DNA of 64,000 nucleotides from a bacterium (GTDB lineage: Bacteria > CLD3 > SB21): contig JABWCP010000001.1 of the NCBI GenBank assembly GCA_013360215.1, forward strand, positions 215,144-279,143. The letters run 5' to 3'. Every line of letters starts with the position of its first letter. Within the stretch, counting starts at the first letter, position 1. The translations under genes and the position numbers were made by a program. Below the pieces are notes generated by a model. It saw only the letters and a program-made list of their open reading frames with translations, did no database searches and was not told the origin of the DNA. Positions 51,343-61,221 of the stretch are shown here, piece after piece.

Positions 51343-52134
51343 CTAAAACGCCCGCGCGGCTTGAAGAATACGGCCGTTTAACGCAGACTTAATAATAACA
51401 ACCACACCGATTTGCGATTGCACATAGCTAGATTTGAGATTGATCGGATCAGTCGTAAATTCATAAATTGTCTTAGCCGGTATGAGTGGTAACGTCTCCG
51501 ATGGTCGCACTTCGCGAACGGTATAATGCCCGCTTGGCATGCCTTTGTCCTCATAGACGATATACTCGATTTTGGCATTAGTAAGATCTTCATCGCCGTA
51601 GCGTGCGATCTGTATGTCTAACGTCAATTGGGATGCCTCTATTTTTTTTGTCGCCGTGACATACAGCTTTTCTTTATTGGAAACTAGAGAATCTAAAACC
51701 GTTTGGTACCGTTGTTTGGCAACACTTAATGACGAAGCGCCCTGCACAGCAACAGATTTCCCATTAAAAAATGTATGCGGAAATCCGCGCGAAGCCGACC
51801 CTTTGTACTCATTGGCGTATCGCAATTCATTATCCGATATGGCTAGCGAATCCTCAAATCCGCCTGAATTGGGAGTCATGTGATACTCCAGTGTAATCAA
51901 ATTATTATCGTAGCGTTCTTCCAATTCGTATAATGCATTTAGAGAATACGTATTGAATTCAGGAGCCGTGACATTCACATTGGTATTGATAATGACAAAA
52001 TTTTCGACTACGGCTATTTGATCCGCGGCCGCATTGGGATTTTTAGGATCTAGCGTGTTGTCATGTTTTAAATCACAACCGGCGTTGCTGGCAATGATCA
52101 CTAAAATAAAAAAATATGTTTGAATTAATTTCAT
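51343..52134 (-). CDS. Omp28-related lipoprotein
   Basis: Lipobox NAGC; motifs AVVENF, LEYH, GFPHTFFNG, VYED, HYTVR and ILQA. Confidence 0.65.
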   Translation of the reverse strand: MKLIQTYFFILVIIASNAGCDLKHDNTLDPKNPNAAADQIAVVENFVIINTNVNVTAPEFNTYSLNALYELEERYDNNLITLEYHMTPNSGGFEDSLAISDNELRYANEYKGSASRGFPHTFFNGKSVAVQGASSLSVAKQRYQTVLDSLVSNKEKLYVTATKKIEASQLTLDIQIARYGDEDLTNAKIEYIVYEDKGMPSGHYTVREVRPSETLPLIPAKTIYEFTTDPINLKSSYVQSQIGVVVIIKSALNGRILQAARAF

Positions 52135-52139
52135 AATTT

Positions 52140-53000
52140 TCAAAATGAGAATGAAAGGTTTAGCCCTGACGTTTTAGAATCAATATACGGTGCGACAGCA
52201 AAATTACTTATTTCAGGTAAATCCATATCCGCCAAAACTTCACGATCGGAAGAAGCGTTTTTTATAAATGCATAAACTAAACCGATCGCTGTAGCTGCGG
52301 TGCCGACCTGAAGCGAAATCGTCGCTTTATTCCAACGATCTGCTTTTTTATAGCGTGCATTCATTTTTGCAAGATCGGTAGTACCGCGATACGCCGCACG
52401 CAAATCAGAAGTTTTTTGCGCTGCTAAATAGGCTCCGCCGCCAAGGACTAACGTGGCAATGGCGAATTCTTTGACCGGTGCTCCACCCAACTTCATAGAC
52501 GGTATTTTTTTGCCTTCGCCGGATAATTCGTAAGCTATATTATTAGCTAATAACCGCGCCATCGTATTCACATTCTTGCGTGATGGCCCTGTGACCTTCT
52601 CAGCGATAACCTGACCGCTGGAAATACGCGTAACGGCTACGTCAATACGTAAGCGACCTTCCGCCTCAGAAACTTCACCGGTGATCACATAGTCCGCTCC
52701 GATCAAATTCCCGACCTTCGCTTGTTTATCCTTATCTTCGGACAGATCACTTAAAACAAAATCCTGTTCTTTCAATACCGCATCCAGCTTTTCACGTTCG
52801 ACGATGACAACGGAGCGCGTTTGTGCAAGTTCCGTTTTGAGTAAGGTGGGGAAGGATTTTGCTACTTCGTCTAAATAAAATTTCTCTGAAGTGTTGTGAA
52901 AACTTAGAATAGCAGCTACCGGTTTTTCCTGTGAAAAAATCGGAACCACGGCAACAAACAGCAACCATAAACCACTAAAAATACAACGTATAAAGATCAT
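52140..53000 (-). CDS. CsgG/FlgO/TolB-N-like exported protein
   Basis: Motif IVEREKLDAVLKEQ...KVGNLIGADYVITG; C-terminal GLNLSFSF. Confidence 0.72.
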   Translation of the reverse strand: MIFIRCIFSGLWLLFVAVVPIFSQEKPVAAILSFHNTSEKFYLDEVAKSFPTLLKTELAQTRSVVIVEREKLDAVLKEQDFVLSDLSEDKDKQAKVGNLIGADYVITGEVSEAEGRLRIDVAVTRISSGQVIAEKVTGPSRKNVNTMARLLANNIAYELSGEGKKIPSMKLGGAPVKEFAIATLVLGGGAYLAAQKTSDLRAAYRGTTDLAKMNARYKKADRWNKATISLQVGTAATAIGLVYAFIKNASSDREVLADMDLPEISNFAVAPYIDSKTSGLNLSFSF

Positions 53001-53058
53001 GAGTACCCCTATTTCTGAATATCGTTCATTCAAGAAACGACGTATAGGTAAACGAATT

Positions 53059-53916
53059 TTAACCAAAAAGTTTCAAAGCATTTTCACGAACTATTTTTAG
53101 TTTGGCGGTTTCATCGAGCGGTAAAGAAAGAAATTCATCGGCGTTTTTACGCATATCATCTACCTGCGGGCCCGGCCAATCCGTACCAAAATATACCTTA
53201 TCCGCTATTTCCTCAAGACGGGGAAAATAATCCGTCAGTATTTTTTTGGGAGGAATGGAGGAAATATCAATCGACACATTTTTATGACGGCGCACAAGAT
53301 AAAAAGCCGTCTCCATCCATAGCGGCCTCCCGCCGTGCGCCATGATGATTTTGAGATTGGGAAAATCTACCGCTACATCATCCACATGAATCGGATCACC
53401 GTACTTGATACGCGCTCCCGCAAAAAAAGACGTACCGGTATGTATCATCACCGGTATTCCCCACTCTTCACAGCGACGGTAAATAATTTCCAAGTTTTTC
53501 ATGCCGTTCAAATAATCATTTGGATAATAGAGCTGATGCGGCGGATGCACCTTGATGGCGCGAATGCCGAGATCGTGAATCAATCGGTGTATATCCGCTT
53601 CGGCATCTTTGGTGAATCGAGGATGTACAGATCCATAGGCGATAAACCGATCCGGAGCATATTTTTGATACGCCGACGAAAAATCATTGGATGAATCGTC
53701 AAAACCCATCAGATCAGGGCTTACATAGTTGATCAAACCTACTTTTTCTATATCGGCCTTATCCATCAACGCGATCAACTTGGCCGGGTTTTTCATAATA
53801 TCCAGAAGTTGATCGTAGTTCTCTTTCCCGTGGGCCATACGCGTGCGTATCTCCGGCTTCAATTGCCACCACGGCTGGATATGAATGTGAATATCTATAA
53901 TCTTGATGCGAGACAT
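53059..53916 (-). CDS. Amidohydrolase_2 family metallohydrolase
   Basis: Motifs IDIHIH, KVHP, IHTG, AHGG and FGTDWP. Confidence 0.9.
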   Translation of the reverse strand: MSRIKIIDIHIHIQPWWQLKPEIRTRMAHGKENYDQLLDIMKNPAKLIALMDKADIEKVGLINYVSPDLMGFDDSSNDFSSAYQKYAPDRFIAYGSVHPRFTKDAEADIHRLIHDLGIRAIKVHPPHQLYYPNDYLNGMKNLEIIYRRCEEWGIPVMIHTGTSFFAGARIKYGDPIHVDDVAVDFPNLKIIMAHGGRPLWMETAFYLVRRHKNVSIDISSIPPKKILTDYFPRLEEIADKVYFGTDWPGPQVDDMRKNADEFLSLPLDETAKLKIVRENALKLFG

Positions 53917-53918
53917 GA

Positions 53919-54209
53919 TTACGCCTGAAAACCAAATGGATTTTTAGGTTCGCTGGCTTCTTCGATTTTACCGAATTGTTCTTCGTAGTGGCGCATATTT
54001 TGTGCAAGGGCCGCGATGACACGTTTGACATGACCGGGGCTCATAACGATTCGGGCATTAACTACACCTGTCGGAGGCGTTACCAGCATAAAATCGAGTA
54101 TAAATTCTTCTTTGGAGTGCGCTACGACCATATTATTGGCATACGTTCCGGATTGTTTTTCAGGGGGAAAGTGAATTTGGATTTCCTGCATTTTCTTTTC
54201 TTCAGCCAT
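53919..54209 (-). CDS. DUF3467 protein
   Basis: Motif GTYAN...HSKEEFILDF...ARIVMSPGHVKR...YEEQFGKI. Confidence 0.85.
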   Translation of the reverse strand: MAEEKKMQEIQIHFPPEKQSGTYANNMVVAHSKEEFILDFMLVTPPTGVVNARIVMSPGHVKRVIAALAQNMRHYEEQFGKIEEASEPKNPFGFQA

Positions 54210-54257
54210 AAACTCCTCTGAGGTTATTCTTAACGCTATCAGTTAAATAATAAAAAT

Positions 54258-54860
54258 TTACTTTTCACACAATCGCTTTAGTTCAGACAAATTACGATCA
54301 TTGATTTGATAAGCTCCATTTTTTGATAACCACGCTTTGACGCCGCCCCAGAACCCTTGGACCGTTCGCTGCTCTGTCATAGTCAGCGTTGTCATACCTT
54401 CGCCGGTTGGGAATAACGTAACAGATTGGGCCAAACCATGAAAAGGACCGCCTTCAACACGTAGTGAAAACGCATGCGGTGGATTAGTTTCGGTAATCCT
54501 ACACACCATTTTAAGTTGATTGACCCCTTTGTCAACGAGCGCAGAACCGCCTTGTGCAATATATTGCCGCACTGTATCAAGCCGCACACCCGCACCCACA
54601 ACGCCGTTTCCGGATGGCAATTGCAATAACAATTGCATCAATTGATCCCCGTCTATTTTTTCCAGCGACAATTGAGCCGCTTGTGCCAGAGCGTGCCAAG
54701 CCGGCAAATCCATCGCTCTTTCATATACGACCGGCGGAGCCGCTTTGATCATTATTGTTGTTTCAGCGGTATAATGCTTCGGAAGAAAAAAAGCGGCTAT
54801 GACCGCCACGCCTAACATTGCTAAAGAAAAATATATCAGACGAAATAATAATCGTATCAT
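54258..54860 (-). CDS. SRPBCC-like membrane-anchored protein
   Basis: N-terminal TM, LPKHYTAETTIMIKA.P..VY and C-terminal LSELKRLCE. Confidence 0.6.
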   Translation of the reverse strand: MIRLLFRLIYFSLAMLGVAVIAAFFLPKHYTAETTIMIKAAPPVVYERAMDLPAWHALAQAAQLSLEKIDGDQLMQLLLQLPSGNGVVGAGVRLDTVRQYIAQGGSALVDKGVNQLKMVCRITETNPPHAFSLRVEGGPFHGLAQSVTLFPTGEGMTTLTMTEQRTVQGFWGGVKAWLSKNGAYQINDRNLSELKRLCEK

Positions 54861-55037
54861 AGCTTAGAAGTTAGAATTCCATACCGCTAAAGGCAAGCGC
54901 ATTCTAAGGAATCACAAAAACACATGTCTTATTATTTATTATGAATATGTTAAACGATGTCTTTTCTTGCAGACCATGCGAGGATTACTTAACTTAAAAA
55001 ACATTGCTAAAAAATATAGTCAATCATTATCACTGCT

Positions 55038-57200
55038 ATGAACGAATCTCCCAAAACGGTTTCCGATCCTGCCGAAAGCGACTCAACGGGTGTTTTTAAC
55101 CCCAAATCATTTGATAAATCTGAACATTTTGCAAACCGCGAACTGAGTTGGCTGGAATTTAATCGGCGCGTACTCGAGGAAGCGCAAGACCCGGCGGTGC
55201 CTCTGCTGGAACGCCTCAAGTTCCTCTCTATATTTAGTACAAATTTAGACGAGTTCTTTATGGTTCGCGTGGCCGGTGTATCGCGGCAGATCGATGCGAA
55301 TGTGCTTCATAAAGGAGCCGACGGACTTTTGCCTCGCGATGTGATGGACGCGATGTCGCGGCGAATTCATGAAATTGCTATCATCCAACATGATTATTTT
55401 TTCGATGTGTTGATTCCTCAACTTCAGAAGGAGAACATCGCCATACTTAAACCCGGCGAATTATCGACCGAACAAAATAATTTTGTACGCGATTACTTCC
55501 AAAATACTGTGGTTTCCATCCTTACGCCGCTGGCGATTGATCCGAGCCACCCGTTTCCCCATTTGGCCAATCGCGCATTGTGTTTAGTATCTGAAGTCGA
55601 ACCCAAAATTGAGAGTAAATTACCGAAGACCAACCTCGTCGTCGTTCCCATTTCCCTGAATGTCATTCCTCGTTTTGTGCGATTGCCGTCGGCGGAAGGA
55701 ACTTATCAATTTATTCTGTTGGAGGACTTGATTCGCACGTGTATCAATGATCTATTCATCGGTTATGAAGTAAAGAATTGTTTTACGATTCGGGTGACAC
55801 GGGACTCCGATCTGACTTACGACGAAGATCCTTCGGAAGATCTTATCAAAACTATTTCCGAATCTTTGCGTAACCGCAGAAAGGGAGCGGCTGTTCGCTT
55901 GCAATATGAACGCGGCCTACCGGATAGTTTACTCAAGCTACTTCTCCGTGAACTGGATCTTCAATACGAGGATTTGTACCCCTCGCGGGGATTTATTTGT
56001 CTTTCCGATTTGATGAATTTGTATCAACAGCTTGACATTGCATCACTCAAAGACCCGCTTTTTCCTCCGCATCACATTCCGGAGCTTGAAACCGGTGCGG
56101 ATATGTTTAGTATTATTCGCAGCGGTGATATTCTCACCCATCATCCATACCAGAGCTTTGAATACGTCACACGATTTGTGCGTGAAGCGGCGGAAGACCC
56201 GAGTGTACTGGCAATCAAAATGACGCTTTATCGTATTGCGGCTAATTCCCCGATTGCGCAAGCATTGCAGTTAGCTGCCGAGCGCGGCAAAGAAGTAGCC
56301 GTCCTAGTAGAACTCAAAGCACGTTTTGATGAAGAAGCCAATATCCAATGGGCACGCAAACTCGAAGATGCCGGAGCGCATGTGATCTACGGCATGGCCG
56401 GACTTAAAACACACTGTAAAGTATGCCTTATCGTGCGTCAGGAAAAAAACAAAATCCGTCGTTATTGTCATTTATCGACAGGAAACTATAATGAACGCAC
56501 GGCGCAAATATACGGTGATCTGGGCTTATTTACGGCGCATCCGCGTTTTGGTGAAGACTTGACCAATTTGTTTAATGTTTTGACCGGATATTCTGCCCCG
56601 CCCAAATTTCATCGCATCAAAATTGCTCCGACGGATTTGCGCGATACATTTATCAATAAAATCCGACGTGAAGTCAATCACGTCCGTGATGGTAAACCCG
56701 GTCTTCTCATTGCCAAAATGAATGCCTTGGTAGATAAACAGATTATTTTGGAATTGTATCGTGCAAGCCAGGCCGGTGTTCAGATCAAATGCATCATTCG
56801 CGGAATTTGTTGTTTGAAACCCGGCGTAAAGGGGTTGTCAGAAAACATTGAAGTAGTCAGTATCATTGATCGTTTTCTTGAGCACGCGCGTATTTTTTAT
56901 TTTCACAACAATGACCAACCGGAGTATTGGCTCGCCAGTTCGGACTGGATGCCGCGTAACTTGGACCAACGCGTCGAAGTCATGTTTCCTATACTGGAAC
57001 CGCGCCATCAGCAAACGGTGATGACCGTACTCCAAACGCAGCTCGGCGATAATGTAAAAGCCCGCCGGTTTTCAGCCGACGGGACTTATGTACGAGTCAA
57101 AAATGATCGTAAAAAAATTCGTTCGCAGCAGGTACTGTACGAAATAGCTGGTAAGTTAGCCAAAATTTACACCGTCAACGAATCCAAAATATTCAAATAA
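55038..57200 (+). CDS. ppk1: Polyphosphate kinase 1
   Basis: Motifs NRELSWLEFN, NLDEFFMVRV, HHPYQSF, LKTHCK and RFLEH. Confidence 0.97.
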   Translation: MNESPKTVSDPAESDSTGVFNPKSFDKSEHFANRELSWLEFNRRVLEEAQDPAVPLLERLKFLSIFSTNLDEFFMVRVAGVSRQIDANVLHKGADGLLPRDVMDAMSRRIHEIAIIQHDYFFDVLIPQLQKENIAILKPGELSTEQNNFVRDYFQNTVVSILTPLAIDPSHPFPHLANRALCLVSEVEPKIESKLPKTNLVVVPISLNVIPRFVRLPSAEGTYQFILLEDLIRTCINDLFIGYEVKNCFTIRVTRDSDLTYDEDPSEDLIKTISESLRNRRKGAAVRLQYERGLPDSLLKLLLRELDLQYEDLYPSRGFICLSDLMNLYQQLDIASLKDPLFPPHHIPELETGADMFSIIRSGDILTHHPYQSFEYVTRFVREAAEDPSVLAIKMTLYRIAANSPIAQALQLAAERGKEVAVLVELKARFDEEANIQWARKLEDAGAHVIYGMAGLKTHCKVCLIVRQEKNKIRRYCHLSTGNYNERTAQIYGDLGLFTAHPRFGEDLTNLFNVLTGYSAPPKFHRIKIAPTDLRDTFINKIRREVNHVRDGKPGLLIAKMNALVDKQIILELYRASQAGVQIKCIIRGICCLKPGVKGLSENIEVVSIIDRFLEHARIFYFHNNDQPEYWLASSDWMPRNLDQRVEVMFPILEPRHQQTVMTVLQTQLGDNVKARRFSADGTYVRVKNDRKKIRSQQVLYEIAGKLAKIYTVNESKIFK

Positions 57201-58567
57201 TTCTGATAGCGTTCTTCTGAAATCTCTCCGGTTTCTACGGCCTTTTTGACTTTACAATTCGGTTCATCCGCATGATTACAATCGGGAATAGAACATTGGT
57301 GATTGTAATTTCGGAAATCACGGAAGTATTTTTTAAGATCTTTTTTCTCAATACTCGATATCTCATATTCGGTAACACCCGGCGTATCGATCAGAACAAT
57401 TCCTTCCTTCCCGCGCAAACAATTTACTTGGCGGGTAGTTTCCACAATATCATCTACGATCGTCAAGTCATATTCTTCGGGATTATCCGGCAATCGTGCA
57501 CTTTCTTCTTCGAGTATAAGCTCCGCCAGCGTAGTTTTCCCGACTCCTTGATGACCGGTAAATAACGAAGCCTTTTGTTTGACGGCAGCTTTGAGCTCAT
57601 TCACACTGGAGAGCACGGCGGACGAGGTAAATATGACGCGATATCCCATCTGTTTATAGACTTCCATCTGCTCTAGAAACATATTATCATCGGCCAAATC
57701 AATTTTATGACAAACGATCAGTGGTTTGAAACCTTTACGCTCGCACACCAGCAAATGCCGATCCAGCCAATCCGTACGCAACACCGGCTCCATCACCGAC
57801 AGGACTAAAACGATTTGGTTGACATTAGCTGCTAATACCAAATCACCCTGACGTTCGCGTGCACCGGGAGCTAACACAAAATTCTGACGCGGTTCATATT
57901 TCTCGATCACGCCGCGCATCTCAGGTTGGATTTGAATTCGGACACGGTCGCCGATATACAATGGGCCTTGACGCGTGATATACTCCTGAACCGTACATGC
58001 ATATTCTTTATTTTCCGCTAAAACAGTGTACACTGAACCGTTCATTCCGCAGATATATCCGCCAAGAACTCGGTTTTTCTGTACAACCGGCGGTTTAGAT
58101 TCCGGTCTGCGATCGCGATCTTGGGGACGCTGCTGACCGCCGCGGCGATCCTCTTTACGAGGCGCTTCGCTTTTCTTTGGTACATTATTATTCTTTTTCT
58201 GCTCATTACGATCGCGATTCGGATCATTGGGCCGGCCGTCGTTTTTGCGATCACGATCATTGCGGTTATTCTGAAAATTCTTTTTAAAAGGTTTTTCAGA
58301 AAAAAATCGTTTGTCCTGCGGGTTATTACGATTGCCCTCGCGTGAAGACTCTTTGCGTTGATTATCGCGTTGCGGCTTATTGTTATTCTGCTGATCGCGC
58401 TGCTGTTGCTGATGGCGAGGTTGATCTTTAGGAGTAACCTGAGGTTTTACTTGCTCTTTCGGGCTATTATCCGTAGGCGATTTGGGTACATCTTTGTTGG
58501 CCTTAATCTTGGCATTAAGATCATCCAGATATTTTTTGGACCAATCATTGTTCGTCGGTTCAGACAT
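57167..58567 (-). CDS. rsgA: Ribosome small subunit-dependent GTPase A-like protein with disordered N-terminal extension
   Basis: OB fold (IGDRV), LAANV, HKIDL, GHQGVGKT, DTPG and CxxxxCxHxxEPxC. Confidence 0.8.
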   Translation of the reverse strand: MSEPTNNDWSKKYLDDLNAKIKANKDVPKSPTDNSPKEQVKPQVTPKDQPRHQQQQRDQQNNNKPQRDNQRKESSREGNRNNPQDKRFFSEKPFKKNFQNNRNDRDRKNDGRPNDPNRDRNEQKKNNNVPKKSEAPRKEDRRGGQQRPQDRDRRPESKPPVVQKNRVLGGYICGMNGSVYTVLAENKEYACTVQEYITRQGPLYIGDRVRIQIQPEMRGVIEKYEPRQNFVLAPGARERQGDLVLAANVNQIVLVLSVMEPVLRTDWLDRHLLVCERKGFKPLIVCHKIDLADDNMFLEQMEVYKQMGYRVIFTSSAVLSSVNELKAAVKQKASLFTGHQGVGKTTLAELILEEESARLPDNPEEYDLTIVDDIVETTRQVNCLRGKEGIVLIDTPGVTEYEISSIEKKDLKKYFRDFRNYNHQCSIPDCNHADEPNCKVKKAVETGEISEERYQNYLNILDSLTV

Positions 58568-58575
58568 AAAACTCC

Positions 58576-59073
58576 TTACTTCTTCATCTGCGAAAATTCA
58601 GCCAACAGACGGTCATACGTCTGCTCTAAGTATTCAGGCATCACTTTGGTGTCCATGATTACCGGCATAAAATTGGTATCGCCGTTCCATCGCGGCACGA
58701 CGTGCATGTGGACGTGGTCGTCAATGCCCGCTCCGGCGGTTCGTCCGAGATTAAATCCGATGTTAAAACCATCCGGTTTGACACTGCGCTGAAATGCTGT
58801 AACGCATTTTTGTGTGGTCGTCATCATGTCCAATAGCGTTTCGGGCGGCAAAGCATTGATGTCCGGAGCATGTTGGTAAGGCACCACCATCAAATGACCG
58901 TTGTTGTACGGATATAAGTTCATTATTACAAAATTATGCGTCGAGCGAAAAAGGATCATGTTTTCACGGTCCCGATCTTCTTGCGGTTTAAAACAAAAGA
59001 TACATCCTTCGCCTTCATTTTTGTCGCCGGCTTTGATATACCGCATGCGCCAGGGTGCCCATAAATGTTCCAC
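58576..59073 (-). CDS. HIT family hydrolase (Ap4A phosphorylase-like)
   Basis: Motifs LWAPWR, CIFC, NLYPYNNGH and HVHMHVVPRW. Confidence 0.92.
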   Translation of the reverse strand: MEHLWAPWRMRYIKAGDKNEGEGCIFCFKPQEDRDRENMILFRSTHNFVIMNLYPYNNGHLMVVPYQHAPDINALPPETLLDMMTTTQKCVTAFQRSVKPDGFNIGFNLGRTAGAGIDDHVHMHVVPRWNGDTNFMPVIMDTKVMPEYLEQTYDRLLAEFSQMKK

Positions 59074-59100
59074 TACGTTTACTCCATCCTAAGTATAAAA

Positions 59101-61212
59101 TTATGCCGGTTCGATCCATCGTCCTTCGCGGCGAATAAGATCAATAAGCTTTTGATCGGCATCGGCCATATCAATATTACGCTCGACTAATTCTTTTCCA
59201 ATATACAGATTGATCTTCCCGGCGCTGGCTCCGACATATCCGAAATCAGCATCGGCCATTTCGCCCGGTCCGTTGACGATACAACCCATAATAGCGATTT
59301 TAACGCCTTTCAAATGACCGGTCTTGGATTTGATACGTGCAGTAACTTCCTGCAAATCAAACAATGTTCGGCCGCACGAGGGGCACGAAATGTATTCCGT
59401 TTTGGAAACACGTAAGCGAGCCGCTTGCAAAATGTTATACGCTAAGCGCACGGTTTCTTCCGACGCCATAGCCCGGCAATCTAAATAAATAACATCGCCA
59501 ATGCCATCGGAAAGCAGAGAACCAATGTGCGAAGCTGCATCAAATAAGGGATTCGCTTTATGTTCAAAATGCAAAACCATCGGCGTATTAAAACCGGCTG
59601 CATTCAGCTGAGCAATCAGTATCCGATGTGAAGCAATAAAATCACTATCTTGAATCGAAATAATCAAATTACTAAATCCCGCTTCGTGTGCTATCTGAGC
59701 AACGCGGATCGCCATCCAGCCTGTTTTTTCCGATGATGATTGGACATGTCGATCAACGAAAGAAGGTATCTCAGTCGGTGAAAAATGAATCTGCAAAATT
59801 TTTTTCTCGAAACCGGCTATTGATTCGATAAGTTTACGAACATGCGCTTCGTACACATCGGCCGTCCACGCCTTATCCGGAGTCCAACGTACGCCATCAG
59901 TAAAAGGAAGTACAGCACAAGCCATATCTGTCGAATGCCTACAATCCGCCATCAAAGCTACAGTTAATAAATCCTTTTCAATCGTTTCACGCATGCGTTT
60001 CCATGCCGTGATATCCTGATAATTGCGTACCGGTGCGTACAACATCTCGGCTTTAAAGGGATTATCGGTTTGGTGTGCGGAAAGCTGTTTGATTTCATTT
60101 ACAACCTGCATCGTATCATGGATATCACTCCGCAGCGGGAGAGCAACACGCACATGATGCACACCGCCGGCATTAAGCGCCGCTGTTTCAACGACTTGCG
60201 TCCATCTTCGATGGTATTGAAACGGGTCCCGCGGTTCTTTAAGACGAATTTCTAAGGCAGCTTTTTCTGCATCAAAAATTACGTTCTGACGATTAAATTT
60301 ATCCGCTATGGCGCGGGCGGCCGGTATTTCGTGTATTGAATCTTCGGTTAACGAAACACGTATCGTGTCACCGATACCCTCTTCCAATAATGTACCTATG
60401 CCTAGCGCTGATTTGATACGGCCGTCTTCGCCGTCGCCGGCTTCCGTTACGCCAAGATGAAAAGGGTAATCCATACCCAATTCATACATCCGCGCGGCAA
60501 GCAGACGATACGCGGCGATCATCACCTGCGTATTCGACGATTTCATCGAAAGAACAATATCGTGATAATCGTAGTGTTCGCAAATTCTAACAAATTCGAG
60601 CGCGGACTCCACCATACCAAGCGGGGTATCGCCATAGCGATTCATTATTCGATCGGATAACGAACCGTGATTGGTGCCGATTCGCATTGCGACGCCGCGT
60701 TCTTTGCATTTGAGAACCAACGGTTTGAAGGCTTCTTCGATACGTTCAAGTTCGCGAGTATAATCATTTTCGGAATATTCGATTACGGCAAATTTCTTTT
60801 TGTCTGCATAGTTACCGGGATTGATACGTATTTTTTCTACATACTCGGCGGCTTTTAAAGCGGCATTCGGAGTAAAGTGAATGTCCGCAACCAACGGAAC
60901 CTTGATACCGCGTTTACGCAGTCCTTCGCGTATCGCACCTAGATTTTCGGCATCTTTGATCGAAGGCGCGGTAATGCGAACGATTTCACAACCAACATTC
61001 ACAAGATCAATGACTTGACGGATTGTAGCTTCGGTATCTAATGTATCCGAAGTCGTCATGGATTGGATTCGAATGGGATTGGAACCACCGATTCCGATAT
61101 CGCCCACCATCACCTCGCGGGTAGGTCGCCGACGGTAGGTAAACCGGTATTCACTATAGCGAAAGAGTTTACTTGAGTTCAATATTTGCGGGATAGCAGT
61201 CCGAGGTTCCAT
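59101..61212 (-). CDS. ispG: HMBPP synthase, long three-domain form
   Basis: Motifs IQSMT, ADIHF, RINPGN, CPSCGR and MGCIVNGPGE. Confidence 0.96.
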   Translation of the reverse strand: MEPRTAIPQILNSSKLFRYSEYRFTYRRRPTREVMVGDIGIGGSNPIRIQSMTTSDTLDTEATIRQVIDLVNVGCEIVRITAPSIKDAENLGAIREGLRKRGIKVPLVADIHFTPNAALKAAEYVEKIRINPGNYADKKKFAVIEYSENDYTRELERIEEAFKPLVLKCKERGVAMRIGTNHGSLSDRIMNRYGDTPLGMVESALEFVRICEHYDYHDIVLSMKSSNTQVMIAAYRLLAARMYELGMDYPFHLGVTEAGDGEDGRIKSALGIGTLLEEGIGDTIRVSLTEDSIHEIPAARAIADKFNRQNVIFDAEKAALEIRLKEPRDPFQYHRRWTQVVETAALNAGGVHHVRVALPLRSDIHDTMQVVNEIKQLSAHQTDNPFKAEMLYAPVRNYQDITAWKRMRETIEKDLLTVALMADCRHSTDMACAVLPFTDGVRWTPDKAWTADVYEAHVRKLIESIAGFEKKILQIHFSPTEIPSFVDRHVQSSSEKTGWMAIRVAQIAHEAGFSNLIISIQDSDFIASHRILIAQLNAAGFNTPMVLHFEHKANPLFDAASHIGSLLSDGIGDVIYLDCRAMASEETVRLAYNILQAARLRVSKTEYISCPSCGRTLFDLQEVTARIKSKTGHLKGVKIAIMGCIVNGPGEMADADFGYVGASAGKINLYIGKELVERNIDMADADQKLIDLIRREGRWIEPA

Positions 61213-61221
61213 GCCAAATAA

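Noticed and set aside
57167-57200. Convergent overlap of ppk1 and rsgA (similar overlaps at 20837-20842, 31765-31768 and 37953-37963)
   Set aside because: Short 3' overlaps are common in compact genomes.
28192-57200. ppx and ppk1 as a polyphosphate-accumulation locus
   Set aside because: They are about 26 kb apart, and both are widespread housekeeping genes.
59101-61212. Large insertion in IspG as a novelty or intein
   Set aside because: The three-domain IspG form is established in plants, Chlamydiae and Bacteroidota, and no intein motifs are present.
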